DNA of 64,000 nucleotides from Raja brachyura (Eukaryota). The stretch spans positions 25,606,001-25,670,000 of the forward strand of contig OY740818.1 in assembly GCA_963514005.1 (NCBI GenBank), in the 5' to 3' direction. Under the pieces are notes generated by a model. It searched no databases, was not told where the DNA came from, and worked only from the letters and a program-made list of their open reading frames with translations. The translations under genes and the position numbers were made by a program. This document shows, in pieces, positions 25,687 through 40,387 of this stretch; the first letter of the stretch is position 1; every line of letters begins with the position of its first letter.

Positions 25687-25850
25687 AGGGCCTGTCCCAC
25701 CAGCATGCAACTCCATGCGGTGAGCGGGACCTAACGTGGTCTCTTGAGCCGTTCGGCCTCGCTGGGCCGGTTCCACTTCGATCTCTGGAGCCGTATGGAG
25801 TTGTGCGGGGCTGGTCCCGACATCGCGCGGGCCTCCGTAAAAGTCTGTGG
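25687..25850. mobile_element. Probable Harbinger-type MITE terminus fragment
   Basis: taa|gggcctgtcccac start followed by a CpG-rich patch; no partner TIR found. Confidence 0.4.
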
Positions 25851-27816
25851 TGATAACTGTTTACATAAAGGGTTCCTGCTCATTTCATTAAAGTTTATTA
25901 GGTGTTATCACCGTCAGTGTTATGTTGACACATCAGTGAGGCTAAGTAAAGTAAACTTGAGCTGTGTAAACCGAGCCACATGTTGCCACAGGCAGGGCAA
26001 GGGTTTGTCCAGAGATGCTGTCTGACCCACCAAGTTACTCTAACCAACACTGTGTCCATGTTTGCCACAAGGCAATGCTGTTAGCCACCGACTTGCAGCC
26101 TGTTAAACGACTTCAGGACTCTCACATCACTCACATCCCCACCTGCCCTGATCTACCCAACACCAGGGGGGGGCACTTTCCCTTAACCTACAAGGCAGAA
26201 ATTTACAATTTAATTCAGAGTGCATACACCAGAATGTCAAAGATCAGCTGAAAAAAACATATAACTTACACTGGTAGGTTTTCAGAAGCGGAGTAAAATT
26301 ACTTTATTAAAAGTGCCTCAATATTTTTATTCAAGGGTGGCACAATGTCCCTGCACCCTAACCTGGGACAGAAATAGACAATAGATAATAGGTGCAGGAG
26401 TAGGCCATTCGGCCCTTCGACCCAGCACCACCATTCAACGTAACAAAACGTTCCCATCACTGCACTCTCCATCACCAACTCTAGAATCAGATCCTGGCCC
26501 AACTCCAGAGAGGGGACATACCCACTCCAGCCTCACATTTACCATCTCATGAAGTCCAGTTGTCATGTATTGTCAAACGTAGACTTTCCAAAATGCCGAG
26601 ATTCTGCTGCGCTAATTGGGCACTTCCTTAACCGGGCAGTAGACAACTAAACTGCAAATTTAAAGCTGGTGACATATTCCATACATTAACATCATATTTG
26701 TAAAAGCCGTAGATATCGATATGACAAAGGCAGTTAGAGTTTCTACAGGCAGCCAACACAACTGCATGGCTCCTGGTCTCAATCAGCAACAAGAGAACAA
26801 GAAATGTTATAGAATTTCTTCCCTCATAAATCATACAGAATTCATAACAGAATGAAGTGCTGAGTGCAGAATATGCCACTAGCTGGCGAGTACAACTGCC
26901 CAACATTCTGCTCCAGTGACCTTCCCCCTGCACACGTGTGTGAACGAGTCCCCAGTTCCTGGATTTCCACTTTACTGTGATCTAATTGATGTTTGAGAGT
27001 TCAACTTACTGGTTCAGTAAAATGATAACTACCAAACTAAGGCAAGCTATATGACAGATTCTGCAATAACTAGGTAGAACTACAAAGAAGTTACATGGGT
27101 ATGCTCACTTTGTCACCACTGATTTGTGCTGTGTTTAGAACTGCACAAGCATCCTCCCACTTCACCACCTAACCTCTTCATAATAATTCCTTTCATACCT
27201 TCTTATTTGCCAAACTAGATTGTGGACCATTTTGAGGAATTAATTTATATTGACAAATGTATTCATTTTATACAGGGAATATGACATATAGAAACACTTT
27301 ATTGCCCCTTTGGCACAGAAACTCGAGAAACATATCCTGATTTAACTCTTACAATTGGTGGAGACCAATATTTACAGACAACAAGGTCTGTTTAGAACTC
27401 TATTATTATGGGAAGTATATACATGGTTCGATAAACACACGATGATGAAGAGGATTTTAGATATGCACATAAAAGTGCAGGGAAGAGAGAGATATGGATC
27501 AAGTACAGGCAGTTGAGATCAGTTTAACTTGGCATCATGTTCAGCACAAACATTGTGGGCCGTAGGGCCCCTATGGGAGCTGTACTGTTCTATGTTCTAA
27601 TTTTATGGAATCTCCTTAAAGAAAAAACACAAAACATTTCTTTGATCTTTCGTCATTGACACACAAATCCAACATGTGACCTTCCTACTTAAATGGAAAC
27701 ATTTTGCACAATAGTGTGAATCACTAGTCAATCCTATTGAAAGTAATCACTCCCTGTTCCTTACAATGGTCTTTGTGCCTGACAGTGACCTAATGAAGGT
27801 GAAGTTTAATGCTTAC

Positions 27817-27967
27817 ATTCTGTAACAAAGAAGTTGAGCATGGTGAGGACAACAGTGTGGCCACTGAACATGTAGTCTCCACAGGTATGGACACCCGTTA
27901 GTGTCATTCCAAAACCACTCCAAATTGCTAGTGCCCTTTGGAACTTGGCCCACTGGTCTCCGTACAA
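27817..27967 (-). CDS. SAMD8: SAMD8 coding exon 4 (151 bp), [50 protein letters not shown]
   Basis: [10 protein letters not shown] sphingomyelin-synthase motif; cag/gtaagc boundaries. Confidence 0.95.
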
Positions 27968-28737
27968 CTGAAAAATAAAATACACTGTGCTGAGTAAAAT
28001 GGATGAGCTTCCTGTCAGAGTTGTAGCAGAACTATTCCCATGCCTGTAACAGGGTCGTGGTCATCTTACAGAGGCCTGGACTTCAGCAGTGGTGGATTCA
28101 AATATAGTTCATTCATCTGCAATAAAGATGGTGACTGAAAATACCAGATTCCTGTGAACATCTGCTCACTACCTTCATCAGTGCGGGAATCATCATACGC
28201 CAGAGTAACAGCACTAGGGTCCACTCATCAGTTGCTGCACTTGCCAGTCACGGGGCAGTTAGCAACGCAGTAAATCAGGCCTCAACAATGATGCCCATTT
28301 CCTGTACGAGTAGATGGAAAATGATACCAGCGCATCACAACAAATGTGTTGATGAATATGATGTGAGGGGGTGGCGGGGTCAGAGAGCGGGGGCTGGGTC
28401 ATGGGGAGGCCGGGTGGGGTCAGGGGCGGCAGCAGTGGGGGGGAAGAGGAGGTGACTGGCCACTTGCACCTGAGCTTTAAATATTCATCAAGCAAACTGC
28501 AGGTGCCTGTCATATGTATATCAGTGTTCGGAATATTTGCTCTTTTTTGAATGCACAAAACTTTATTCTTCACATTCAGCATTTCAAATATTGTAGAAAT
28601 GTGAACTTTCCATTAATGTAGTGAATAAAATGCATTGCAGTTTTAAAAGCTAAATTGAAAAAACAGTAAAGCGGACTTTAAAATAAGATAATGCATGGCC
28701 AGCCCGAGGAGAGACAGCATGATTTGTACAAACGTAC

Positions 28738-28855
28738 CTTCCCAGAGCACTGCAGATGGTGGCCAGGAACAGAGAGGGAGGTGACAAACATAGTCACACA
28801 GCGTAGCAGGAACACTGTCCCCATCAGACTACACATGCGGCGGAGCAGGATGGAC
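28738..28855 (-). CDS. SAMD8: SAMD8 coding exon 3 (118 bp), [39 protein letters not shown]
   Basis: ORF 28678-28863, tag/gtacgt boundaries. Confidence 0.95.
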
Positions 28856-29516
28856 CTAACCAAAACACCAAAAATAGCAGCATTACACTTTGTGATTCAT
28901 TCCCATTTCATCATTACACTCAAACCTTCTTGTTCAATTGAATTGAATTGATTGAAAGATACAGCAGGGAATCTTCAGCAGTACCTGGTTGAGATAAGCA
29001 ATTTAGTACAGAGGACATCAGGTTACATACAATGACGCGCTTTTTAAGAAGCATCATTGGAGAGTGTTGGGTTTCACGCAATAAATCCCAGAGCAATTTT
29101 TTCAGAAAATTATTATTCAACACTCTACAGAGCAAGTGCAAAATGCACAATCTCAGCTGGCCAATTAACAAAACCTCTGCATTTCATTGGAAAATATGCA
29201 GGCACTTGCATTTGCAATAATAAAGCTTGAGAGCTTCTTTGGAATTAAAGTTGATACTTTTCCAAAGATTATTGGTGTTTCTTTAATATCCTCAGTCTCA
29301 CAAAGCAATGGAAAATAGGAAAGGTCTTGACCCGAAAAGTCACCCATTCCTTCTCTCCAGAGATGCTGCCTGTCCCACTGAGTAACTCCGGCTTTTTGTG
29401 TCTATCGTCAGTGAAAATACATGGTTTAAGTTTGTCGCAATTCAGCACACATTAAGCTGTGTTTTTTAAAATGAGAGCTCTAAATCTCGAGCACCAATTG
29501 TAATTGTCACACCTAC

Positions 29517-29612
29517 CTGTGTTTGTGAAGTAGCAGCAGTAACAACCAGATAATGCAAAGCACAACACCACACACCTCAGCCATCGCAAAAGCCCATGGA
29601 ATCCTTGGAACA
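29517..29612 (-). CDS. SAMD8: SAMD8 coding exon 2 (96 bp), VPRIPWAFAMAEVCGVVLCIIWLLLLLLHKHR
   Basis: Manual translation, cag/gtaggt boundaries, phases fit. Confidence 0.94.
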
Positions 29613-30200
29613 CTGTCAACAGAAACAACACAACAACGTGTAAATGTATTTAGAAAGGTATCTACCGGGAGGTGCAGTGTTTAGCATTATTTATCTTTAC
29701 TGGGAAGTTATTGATTAGTTGCACAACGTCCCCAAAGAGACACAAGAAACTGCAGATGTTGGTTTACAAAAAATGACACAAAGTGTTGGAATAACTCAAT
29801 GGGTCAGGCAGCATCTCTGGAGAAGATGGACAGGTGCCATTTTATCTCGGGGCCCATCTTCAGATTCATGATTTTTTGGGTCAAGTCCTTTTTTCAGTTT
29901 GAAGAAGTGTCCAACCCAAAATATCACCTGTCCATATTTCCAGAGATGCTGTCTGACCCTTGGAGTTACTCCAGCACTTTGTGTCTTCTTTTGTGCCCAA
30001 AGTGTAAAGAATAGTCGTATACACAGATGAATCTTTACTACAACTTTATTAATTATACACACACATCACTGCCCTAGCTGTACATGGTCTGTCACGGACA
30101 CTAGAGAGAGAGCTATGGGTGGGAAGGTCACAGTTATACCAGATGATGGGGGAGTGGTTAGCAAGGGCTGCGTCATTACTGTTAAAGGTAATACACAAAG

Positions 30201-32313
30201 TCAAGTCAAAGTCAAAAGAGTTTATTGTCATGTGTCCCTGACAGGACAATGAAAATCTTTATTGGCATAGCAAAACAGAACATAGAAGGCATTGACTACA
30301 ATTCTATATGTAAATACACCCATGAATTAATAAATTAATAAAGTGCAAATAACAGATGGAGGGATATTAATGTTCAGAGTTCCGAGCCAGGTTTAATAGC
30401 CTGATGGCTGTGGGGAAGTAGGTATTCCTAAACCGGGTTGTTGCAGTCTTCAGGCTCCTGTACCTTCTACCCGAAGGTAGCAGGGAGATGAGTGTGTGGC
30501 CAGGGTGGTGTGGGTCCTTGATGATGCTGCCAGCCTTTTTGAGGCAGCGACTGTGATAAATCCCCTCGATGGAAGGAAGGTCAGAGCCGATGATGGACTG
30601 GGCCGTGTTTACTACTTTTTGTAGTCTTTTCCTCTCCAGGGCGCTCAAGTTGCCGAACCAAACCACGATGCAACCGGTCAGCAAGCTCTCTACTGTGCAC
30701 CTGTAGAAGTTAGAGAGAGTCCTCCTTGACAGACCAACTCTCCGTAATCTTCTCAGGAAGTAGAGGCGCTGATGAGCTTTCTTAATAATTGCATCTGTGT
30801 TCTCGGACCAGGAAAGATCTTCAGCACGCCCAGGAATTTGAAGCTCTTGACCCTTTCAACCATCGACCCGTTGATATAAACAGGACTGTGGGTCCCCATC
30901 CTACTCCTTCTAAAGTCCACAATCAGTTCCTTGGTTTTGCTGGTGTTGAGGGCCAGGTTGTTGTGCTGGCACCATATGGACAGTTGCTCGATCTCTCTTC
31001 TATACTCCGACTCATCCCCATCAGTGATACGTCCCACAACAGTGGTGTCGTCAGCGAACTTGATGATGGAGTTCGCGCTATGACCAGCTACGCAGTCATG
31101 AGTATAGAGTGAGTACAGCAGGGGGCTGAACACGCAACCCTGAGGTGCTCCCGTGCTGATTGTTATCGAGTCTGACACATTTCCACCAATACGAACAGAC
31201 TGTGGTCTGTGGATGAGGAAGTCGAGGATCCAATTGCAGAGGGATGCGCAGAGACCCAGTTCTGCGAGTTTGGTAACCAGCTCGGAGGGGATGATTGTGT
31301 TAAATGCCGAGCTGTAGTCAATGAATAGCAGCCTGACATATAATTTATTGTTGTCCAAGTGGTCCAGAGCGGAGTGGAGGGCCAGCAAGATCGCGTCCAC
31401 CGTTGATCTGTTGTGGCGGTAAGCGAACTGCAGTGGGTCCAGGTTTTTGTCGAGGTAAGAGTTGATTTGCACCATGATCAACCTCTCGAAGCACTTCATC
31501 ACCACAGGCGTTAGTGCCACTGGTCGATAGTCATTGAGGCACGTCACCTTGCTCTTCTTGGGCACCGGTATTATTGATGCCCTTTTGAAGCAGGTGGGAA
31601 CCTCATACCTCAGAAGTGACAGGTTGAAAATGTCCGTAAAAACTCCAGCCAGTTGGCCCGCACAGATTTTTAGGACCCGACCAGGTATGCCATCAGGTCC
31701 AGATGCTTTTCGAGGGTTCACCCCTCTGAAGGATTTCCTGACGTCGGCCTCTGTGACTGAGACTGAAATACCATCACAGCGAATAGGGGCTTGGGAAGCC
31801 ACATCGGTGTTCTCCCTATCAAAGCGTGCGTAAAATGCATTGAGCTCATCAGGGAGTGATTTATCGCCGACATCCGAGCTGCCTCCTGGTTTTGCCTTGT
31901 AAGAGGTGATTGCATTCAATCCCCGCCACAACTGCCGAACATCTGTCTCATCCTCCAGCTTGGAGCAGAACTCCCTTTTGGCCTTTTTGATGGCCTTACC
32001 AAGGTTGTATCTGGACTTCTTGTAGACCACTGTGTCATCAGACATGAATGCCCGATGTCTGGTCTTCAGAAGAGTGCGGATCTCACAGTTCATCCAAGGT
32101 TTCTCATTTGGGAAACACTCGGAAGGTTTTTGTAGGGATGCAGTCCTCCACACATTTCTTTATGAAGTCTGTAACGACTGTGGCGTATTCATTCAAGTCC
32201 GTTGCCGAGTCCTTGAACATAGCCCAGTTTATAGACTCCAAGCAGTCTTGTAGTTGTTCTTCTGCCCCCACCGACCATCTCTGTACTGTCCTCACCTCTG
32301 GGGTGCGCTCATC
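30201..32313 (-). mobile_element. 5'-truncated Rex1/Babar-type LINE with largely open RT
   Basis: ORF 30753-32153 (LNDYRPVALT, DYSSAFNTI, GAPQG, KFADD); candidate TSD tacacaaag (30192-30200 / 32314-32322). Confidence 0.88.
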
Positions 32314-33049
32314 TACACAAAGGAAATACATTTTCCATGTACAAGCCCCATTCACCACTTTACCATGAGTTTTAACTAACAAAGAAAACAGAAGTGATGT
32401 GTAAGTGAAGGTCAGAACACATCCCTATCCTCAGGGACGTCATCAGAGAAATCCAGGCAGATGCTTCAGTTCAACTGTAGAGTTTGGAGATAAGCCAGAA
32501 GCAGCAGCAGAAAGGGAACTCAGAATTCCAGCAAAATGATTTTCCTGTGTCAAACAATATTAGATTAAACATACAATGTTTGAATTTAAGCTGATATCAT
32601 GGTGAGATGAATGAATTGTGCAGTCATATTTTGTGGCTACTTATAGAACATGGAACAGTAGTTCAAGAGTTTGTTCAAATTTATATGTCACATGCACCAT
32701 AAGGTGCAGTGAAATTAGTTTACCATGCAGCTACAATTAAAAAGGACATAATATACAACATAATTCGACACAGACATCCACCACAGCATTCCTCACTGTG
32801 GTGGAAGGCAATATTGTTCAGACAGTCCTCCTCCCTTGTTCACCCGTGGTCGAGGCCCTGAGCCTCTGTAGTCGCCGCTCAGGATGTGGCCCACAATTTT
32901 TGTGCCAAACATGATGTCTGGCTGAACTTAGATTCCTCTATTGCTATGACCTGATAGGAACCCACAATTGCAGATCAATAGTCCGCACTTCTGTATTACC
33001 CTTTCAGGGACCTGAAAGTTGGGCCACAGAAAGCTCTGTTTCCATGCTG

Positions 33050-34045
33050 TATGACGAGATGCTTCCAGATGGGATGCTTTCTACAGTGCGTCAACATTAA
33101 TCGTTGTGTCATTGGATACATGCTGAATTTCCTTGGCTTTTTGAGGAAGTATAGTCAATGGTGTACTTTGGCTGTAGCATCAATGTGTTCGCACTAGGAC
33201 AAATTGTTGGTGATATTTGCACTTAGGAAGTTGAAGCTTTCGATCATCTCCACTTCAGCGCCATTGATGCAAACTGAGGCATGTATTCCACCCTGCTTCC
33301 TGAAGTCAGTTTTACTGATATTGAGGGGGAGGTTGTTGTCTTGACACTATGCTAGGGAACTTTTTCTTTCCTGACTCATCATTGTTTAAGATTCAGCTAA
33401 TTATAGTGGTGTCAACCACAAACGTTAATGGAGTTAGGATAGAATTATGCCACACAGACCTAAGTATATAATTAGTATTATAAGGTGCTGAGAACGCAGC
33501 TTTGTGGGACATCAATATTGAGAATTATTGGGGAATATATGTGTTACCTACTCTTACTACAGGTAAAGAGGTGAAGCACCCAGTTACAGAGGAAGGGGCT
33601 GAATCCAGGGTACAAGAGTTTGGAGATGAATTTGGTCGGAATTATCATGTTGAAGGTGGACCTATAGACATAAAATAAGAATCTGACATAGGTGTTATCC
33701 AGATGTTCCAAGGTTTAGCGCCAGGGAAATGGCACCGGCCTGGTAGGCGAATTGCGATTGATCACGCTGGTCAGGGAAACTGGAATTAACGTGCACGAAG
33801 ACTAGTTTCTCGAAGCACTTGATGATGGTAGATATTAGATCCAACAGATAGTGATCATTAAGGTATGTGGGTTGCTTCTCATTGGTACTGGGATGATAGT
33901 GGTATTCTTAAAATAACTGGGAACCTAAGATTGGAGTTGAAAAAGTGTAAAGATATTCATGAATACTCCTGCCAGCGGGACTGCTCAGAACTGAGAAAGT
34001 CATCTGGGCCCATTGTTTTCTGTGGATTCTCTCTCAGGAGGGCCA
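33050..34045 (-). mobile_element. Degenerate Rex1/Babar-like LINE fragment
   Basis: Recognisable but decayed similarity to 30700-31730. Confidence 0.6.
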
Positions 34046-37000
34046 AGGATCTGTGCCGGGATCTGGTGTTTGTGATATACATACACCACTTAGACATAAA
34101 TGTAGATAGACACAAAAAGCTGGAGTAACTCAGCAGTATCTCTGGAGATGGGTTGATTAGTTGGTTTGCAGGCAACATCAAAATTGGTGGAACTGTGTAC
34201 AATGAGGAGGCTGTGTACAGTGGGGATACTGATCAGCTACAGACACACCAGCAGAACACATATCTTCATCCATCCTTCCCACCTCTTCAAAATGCCACCT
34301 TCAATAATCCTGGGAATTCCGCTTTACTCCTCAATCACTGCAACACGTTCTCCAATTCCAATGAGTGGTGAAATATCTTCCCTTTCAACCAGCCAGACCA
34401 AAAGTTTAGCAATCCACTTACACTTCTTTGTTTAACGCAGTATCTCTATGAAAGATCGAAATAACTCACAGAGCGGGCAAACATTAGGTTGAAACACCTG
34501 CATTCAGTCCACAAGCTTCTCCCGACTCATCACTGCCCCATTAATTTTAATTTAATGGAACAGAATTACATTCATGGGCTCTGAATTCTGACCAACTTCT
34601 ACAGATGCACCATAGTATTTTATCAGGATACATCACAGCTTGGTTTGGGAACAGCTCTCTATCCAAGACACCAAGAAATTGTAGCAATTTTTTTTACACA
34701 GCCCAGACCATCACACAAACCAACCTCCCTTCTATTGATGGTGGACACAAAATGTCGAGATCCTTCCTCAGACCTGAAGTGTCACCCATTTCTTCTCTCC
34801 AGAAATGCTGCCTGTCCCGCTGAGTTACTCCAGCATTTTATGTCTACCTTTGATTTGAACCAGCATCTGCAGTTCTTTCCTATTGACTCCATTTATACCT
34901 CACGCTGCCTCGGCAAGGCCAGCAGCATCATCAAGGATGAGTCGCACCCGGGCCACTCCCTCTTCTTCCCTCTCCAATCAGGCAAAAAGTATAGAAGTGT
35001 GAAAACGCACAACAACAGTTTCTTCATAGCTGTTATCAGGTAACTGAATCATCCTACCACAACCAGAGAGCAGTGCAGAACTACAATCTAACTCTTTGAT
35101 GACCCTCGGACTATCCTTGATCGGACTTTGCTGGCTTTACCTTGGACTAAACTTTATTCCCTTATCATGAATATATACACTGTAAATGGATTGGTTGTAA
35201 TCATGTATTGTCTTTCTGCTGACTGGTTATAATGCAACAAAAGATTTTCACTGTACCTCGGTACACGTGACAATAAACTAAACTAAAACTGATGATAAGC
35301 AAAATCTCCATTCATAATAATGCTTAAATTGATTGTATGATCCACGAAACCACAATAAGTTTAATCTGTGTGCTACACAGCGGTTCAGGTAAAGTCCATG
35401 CAAAGTAACACAATGGCTTTAATTGGACCTGTACCACCTCCCAAAATTGGACATCCCAGGTTGGTGACATCATTCCCTGTTGTTGATATGTAACTCAAAA
35501 GTTGCCAGTTAACAACTATATACTGGCATGAAAATCTCTGGGAACACACACACATTGACTGACCCACACAGACAGCCATCCTAACGCACTAATTTGGCGG
35601 CATAGAGCCTTTAGCCAGCATTTGGAATGTCTCCAGATATTACTGTCAAACAGGTAGTTTGGGAATATTTACCAGTTAAACATTCAGAAACGTAAAAGCT
35701 AGTATAATTAGATTTAAACACTCAAAGACAATTAAACAGATTAAAGCTAACTCAATTAATTAAAAAAACACGTCACCTGAATGTTGCCTCTTAGCTATTC
35801 CTCCCCCATGAAATGAATGGATTCACTGAACCCAAGGCAGGTTGATTGAAGCCCAATGGAGTGCTGTCGGCATATCATTGCTGACCCCTTCTGAGGAAGC
35901 TTGGGACTTCACCGTTCACACATGCTTCCTGACAGAGGTAAATCCAGGATATCATCCCGAATTATAGACATAAAATAAGAATCTGACATAGGTGTTATCC
36001 AGATGTTCCAAGGTTTAGCGCCAGGGAAATGGCACCGGCCTGGTAGGCGAATTGCGATTGATCACGCTGGTCAGGGAAACTGGAATTAACGTGCACGAAG
36101 ACTAGTTTCTCGAAGCACTTGATGATGGTAGATATTAGATCCAACAGATAGTGATCATTAAGGTATGTGGGTTGCTTCTCATTGGTACTGGGATGATAGT
36201 GGTATTCTTAAAATAACTGGGAACCTAAGATTGGAGTTGAAAAAGTGTAAAGATATTCATGAATACTCCTGCCAGCGGGACTGCTCAGAACTGAGAAAGT
36301 CATCTGGGCCCATTGTTTTCTGTGGATTCTCTCTCAGGAGGGCCAAGGATCTGTGCCGGGATCTGGTGTTTGTGATATACATACACCACTTAGACATAAA
36401 TGTAGATAGACACAAAAAGCTGGAGTAACTCAGCAGTATCTCTGGAGATGGGTTGATTAGTTGGTTTGCAGGCAACATCAAAATTGGTGGAACTGTGTAC
36501 AATGAGGAGGCTGTGTACAGTGGGGATACTGATCAGCTACAGACACACCAGCAGAACACATATCTTCATCCATCCTTCCCACCTCTTCAAAATGCCACCT
36601 TCAATAATCCTGGGAATTCCGCTTTACTCCTCAATCACTGCAACACGTTCTCCAATTCCAATGAGTGGTGAAATATCTTCCCTTTCAACCAGCCAGACCA
36701 AAAGTTTAGCAATCCACTTACACTTCTTTGTTTAACGCAGTATCTCTATGAAAGATCGAAATAACTCACAGAGCGGGCAAACATTAGGTTGAAACACCTG
36801 CATTCAGTCCACAAGCTTCTCCCGACTCATCACTGCCCCATTAATTTTAATTTAATGGAACAGAATTACATTCATGGGCTCTGAATTCTGACCAACTTCT
36901 ACAGATGCACCATAGTATTTTATCAGGATACATCACAGCTTGGTTTGGGAACAGCTCTCTATCCAAGACACCAAGAAATTGTAGCAATTTTTTTTACACA

Positions 37001-38266
37001 GCCCAGACCATCACACAAACCAACCTCCCTTCTATTGATGGTGGACACAAAATGTCGAGATCCTTCCTCAGACCTGAAGTGTCACCCATTTCTTCTCTCC
37101 AGAAATGCTGCCTGTCCCGCTGAGTTACTCCAGCATTTTATGTCTACCTTTGATTTGAACCAGCATCTGCAGTTCTTTCCTATTGACTCCATTTATACCT
37201 CACGCTGCCTCGGCAAGGCCAGCAGCATCATCAAGGATGAGTCGCACCCGGGCCACTCCCTCTTCTTCCCTCTCCAATCAGGCAAAAAGTATAGAAGTGT
37301 GAAAACGCACAACAACAGTTTCTTCATAGCTGTTATCAGGTAACTGAATCATCCTACCACAACCAGAGAGCAGTGCAGAACTACAATCTAACTCTTTGAT
37401 GACCCTCTGACTATCCTTGATCGGACTTTGCTGGCTTTACCTTGGACTAAACTTTATTCCCTTATCATGAATCTATACACTGTAAATGGATTGGTTGTAA
37501 TCATGTATTGTCTTTCTGCTGACTGGTTATAATGCAACAAAAGATTTTCACTGTACCTCGGTACACGTGACAATAAACTAAACTAAAACTGATGATAAGC
37601 AAAATCTCCATTCATAATAATGCTTAAATTGATTGTATGATCCACGAAACCACAATAAGTTTAATCTGTGTGCTACACAGCGGTTCAGGTAAAGTCCATG
37701 CAAAGTAACACAATGGCTTTAATTGGACCTGTACCACCTCCCAAAATTGGACATCCCAGGTTGGTGACATCATTCCCTGTTGTTGATATGTAACTCAAAA
37801 GTTGCCAGTTAACAACTATATACTGGCATGAAAATCTCTGGGAACACACACACATTGACTGACCCACACAGACAGCCATCCTAACGCACTAATTTGGCGG
37901 CATAGAGCCTTTAGCCAGCATTTGGAATGTCTCCAGATATTACTGTCAAACAGGTAGTTTGGGAATATTTACCAGTTAAACATTCAGAAACGTAAAAGCT
38001 AGTATAATTAGATTTAAACACTCAAAGACAATTAAACAGATTAAAGCTAACTCAATTAATTAAAAAAACACGTCACCTGAATGTTGCCTCTTAGCTATTC
38101 CTCCCCCATGAAATGAATGGATTCACTGAACCCAAGGCAGGTTGATTGAAGCCCAATGGAGTGCTGTCGGCATATCATTGCTGACCCCTTCTGAGGAAGC
38201 TTGGGACTTCACCGTTCACACATGCTTCCTGACAGAGGTAAATCCAGGATATCATCCCGAATTATA
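33663..38266. repeat. Tandem duplication of a 2300-bp unit (33663-35962 and 35963-38262) in a SAMD8 intron
   Basis: Identical ORF sets at a 2300-bp offset; only two differences spotted (35108/37408, 35173/37473). Confidence 0.97.
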
Positions 38267-39478
38267 TAGGTCTTTTAATAAAGGCCATTTGACTAGTTTC
38301 TTTCCAATAGTTTTGCATCAATGACACATTTAAAGTTAGTTAAGTTTAGTCATCATTCAGTTTTTAAACTGACCAGTAACCAATAAAAGGAATTATTGGA
38401 AAGCAGTTAGTACCTTTGAATGCTACAAGCTAGGCAACAGCTCTGTAACCTGAATACACCCCTTTGAAGCTTTAGAGGTTTATGCCCTTGATTACCAAAG
38501 CGCTAGTCACATGGTCCTTGAAATTCCAATACTTGTCCTTGATGGTTTTTGTGGCATTTCATAGTTTGCTCTTAGAACAGGAGAATTTCACTGGAGCACA
38601 ACAGACAGACATTTAACAATATGTATCCAATATATTTTCCACGTACATCTTTTTTAACATGCAAATGTTCCATAATTTTCACAAATGGTCCCCCACTAAA
38701 CATTCGAACATCGACTTCCTGAAAATTAAAAGTCAGGATACTGCATCTCTAAACTAAGCTTTAATTTCCAAAGAGCAGCAGTGCGGCTTTGACATTGCAA
38801 AAATGAGAGAAGCAGTCTGATCCCCATTGCACGAAACAGTGCTCACCAAATGGTGCCTGTCTTGGGTTTAGCAAATCACCAGACAGGAAGCAATGATTAG
38901 GACTGTGATTGTCAGAGCAGCAGGTGCTGAGTGCCCAATCACTCCACATCACTCTGCAGAACAGCAGCTTATCCAAATATGGAGAAATTAAAGACACTGA
39001 TTACAGGCATGCTTTCTGTCTGCATACCGTTGTAAAACGGGCAGAATTGCAAGAGAAATGCACACCGAGGGTGTTATATAGAAAGAGCTTTCAGACAAAG
39101 TGGTTGACACAGGTACAATAACATTTAAAGACCCTAGGGAAGGTTCATGGAAAATATAGGTTTAGAGGGGTATGGATCAAATATGGGCAAATGGGACTAG
39201 CATTGAACCTTGGTCAGTAAGGATGGGTTGAGCTGACATGCTGTACAATTCTACAATGATTTAATAGTAATGATTTAATAGATTAGAGATTGAAAAGCTA
39301 CAAAAAATCAGAGCCTGCTGGGAACAGATTTGCCAGGACGTTTCAGGAGCCCAAACCCACAGATGCTCCATTTTGATGAGGTAACCCAAGTTCCCCAATG
39401 ACTCCAGCATGCCTCCTACTCACTTGTGGTCAATTTACTGTAAAAGTATACTTTATCATCACATTATGTAATGCTTAC

Positions 39479-40053
39479 CTATCCAGGAATATGTCTGGTA
39501 GGGGTGGATAGGTTTGCATGTCAGGGACACGTTCGTGAACTATTACCATCACAATCGATGTAAACCCGAAGACTATAAACACATAAATAGAACTCAAAAT
39601 AGTCTTCCAGTACTCGGGGTCAAGTCTTCGTGTTTGATGTTTGTTGTATTTACCATTCTGAAATTGTTCACTATTCGTGTCTCCAACCAAACCACCACTG
39701 TCCCCAAAGTGTTCCACACCATTGCACTGGCAGTCCTTGCCTTGTGAAGAGTTTGTGGCACATGCAACAATACCAGGACAATCATCACTCGTGTAACCCA
39801 TCTCTGTCAGGACATCTTTGTGCTGTTTTTGCAGTTTCCGAATAGATACCATTAACCTTTTAATATCACCCAACACTTTCAGTTCTAAAGGTGGGCAGCG
39901 TAAATCATATTCAGTCAAAGTTAACAGGGCGACACCATCCAGTCTGTGCTTATTACACAGGAGATCGACATAATCACTGAAGCCTTCCTCCTTTAGCCAC
40001 TTGGCTACATGTTTGCTGCTCCAGCGTCTGATATTAAACTGGCTTCCCATCAT
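39479..40053 (-). CDS. SAMD8: SAMD8 first coding exon (SAM domain to TM1), [25 protein letters not shown]...PPLPDIFLD; exon begins at 40060
   Basis: ORF 39475-40053; SAM domain and PPLPD motif; five coding segments total 1245 nt = 414 aa + stop. Confidence 0.96.
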
Positions 40054-40387
40054 GGTTCAACTGGAAAAAAACAAACAAAAGGTCTTCACTGTGTGGAATT
40101 ACACATCGGATTTAGCAGAATTTAGTCGAGTGAAAAAATACTTCAAATAATATTACATATACTTAGATATTACACATGTGAAGGTTGCTCATTTACATAA
40201 ATACTTCAAATTAAGATGTGGCTTGTTCCTTGGGGTCTAGGCCTTTCAAGGATAGAACATTTTGTACTATAAAGTGAATTCACACTGGATACCACAACAT
40301 TGTGGTAATCTCCCTTGCTTCATTGAAGGAAATACAATCCCACTGTCGGCTGCATCACAACAGACAGCCACAATAAAGTTGAAGCAC

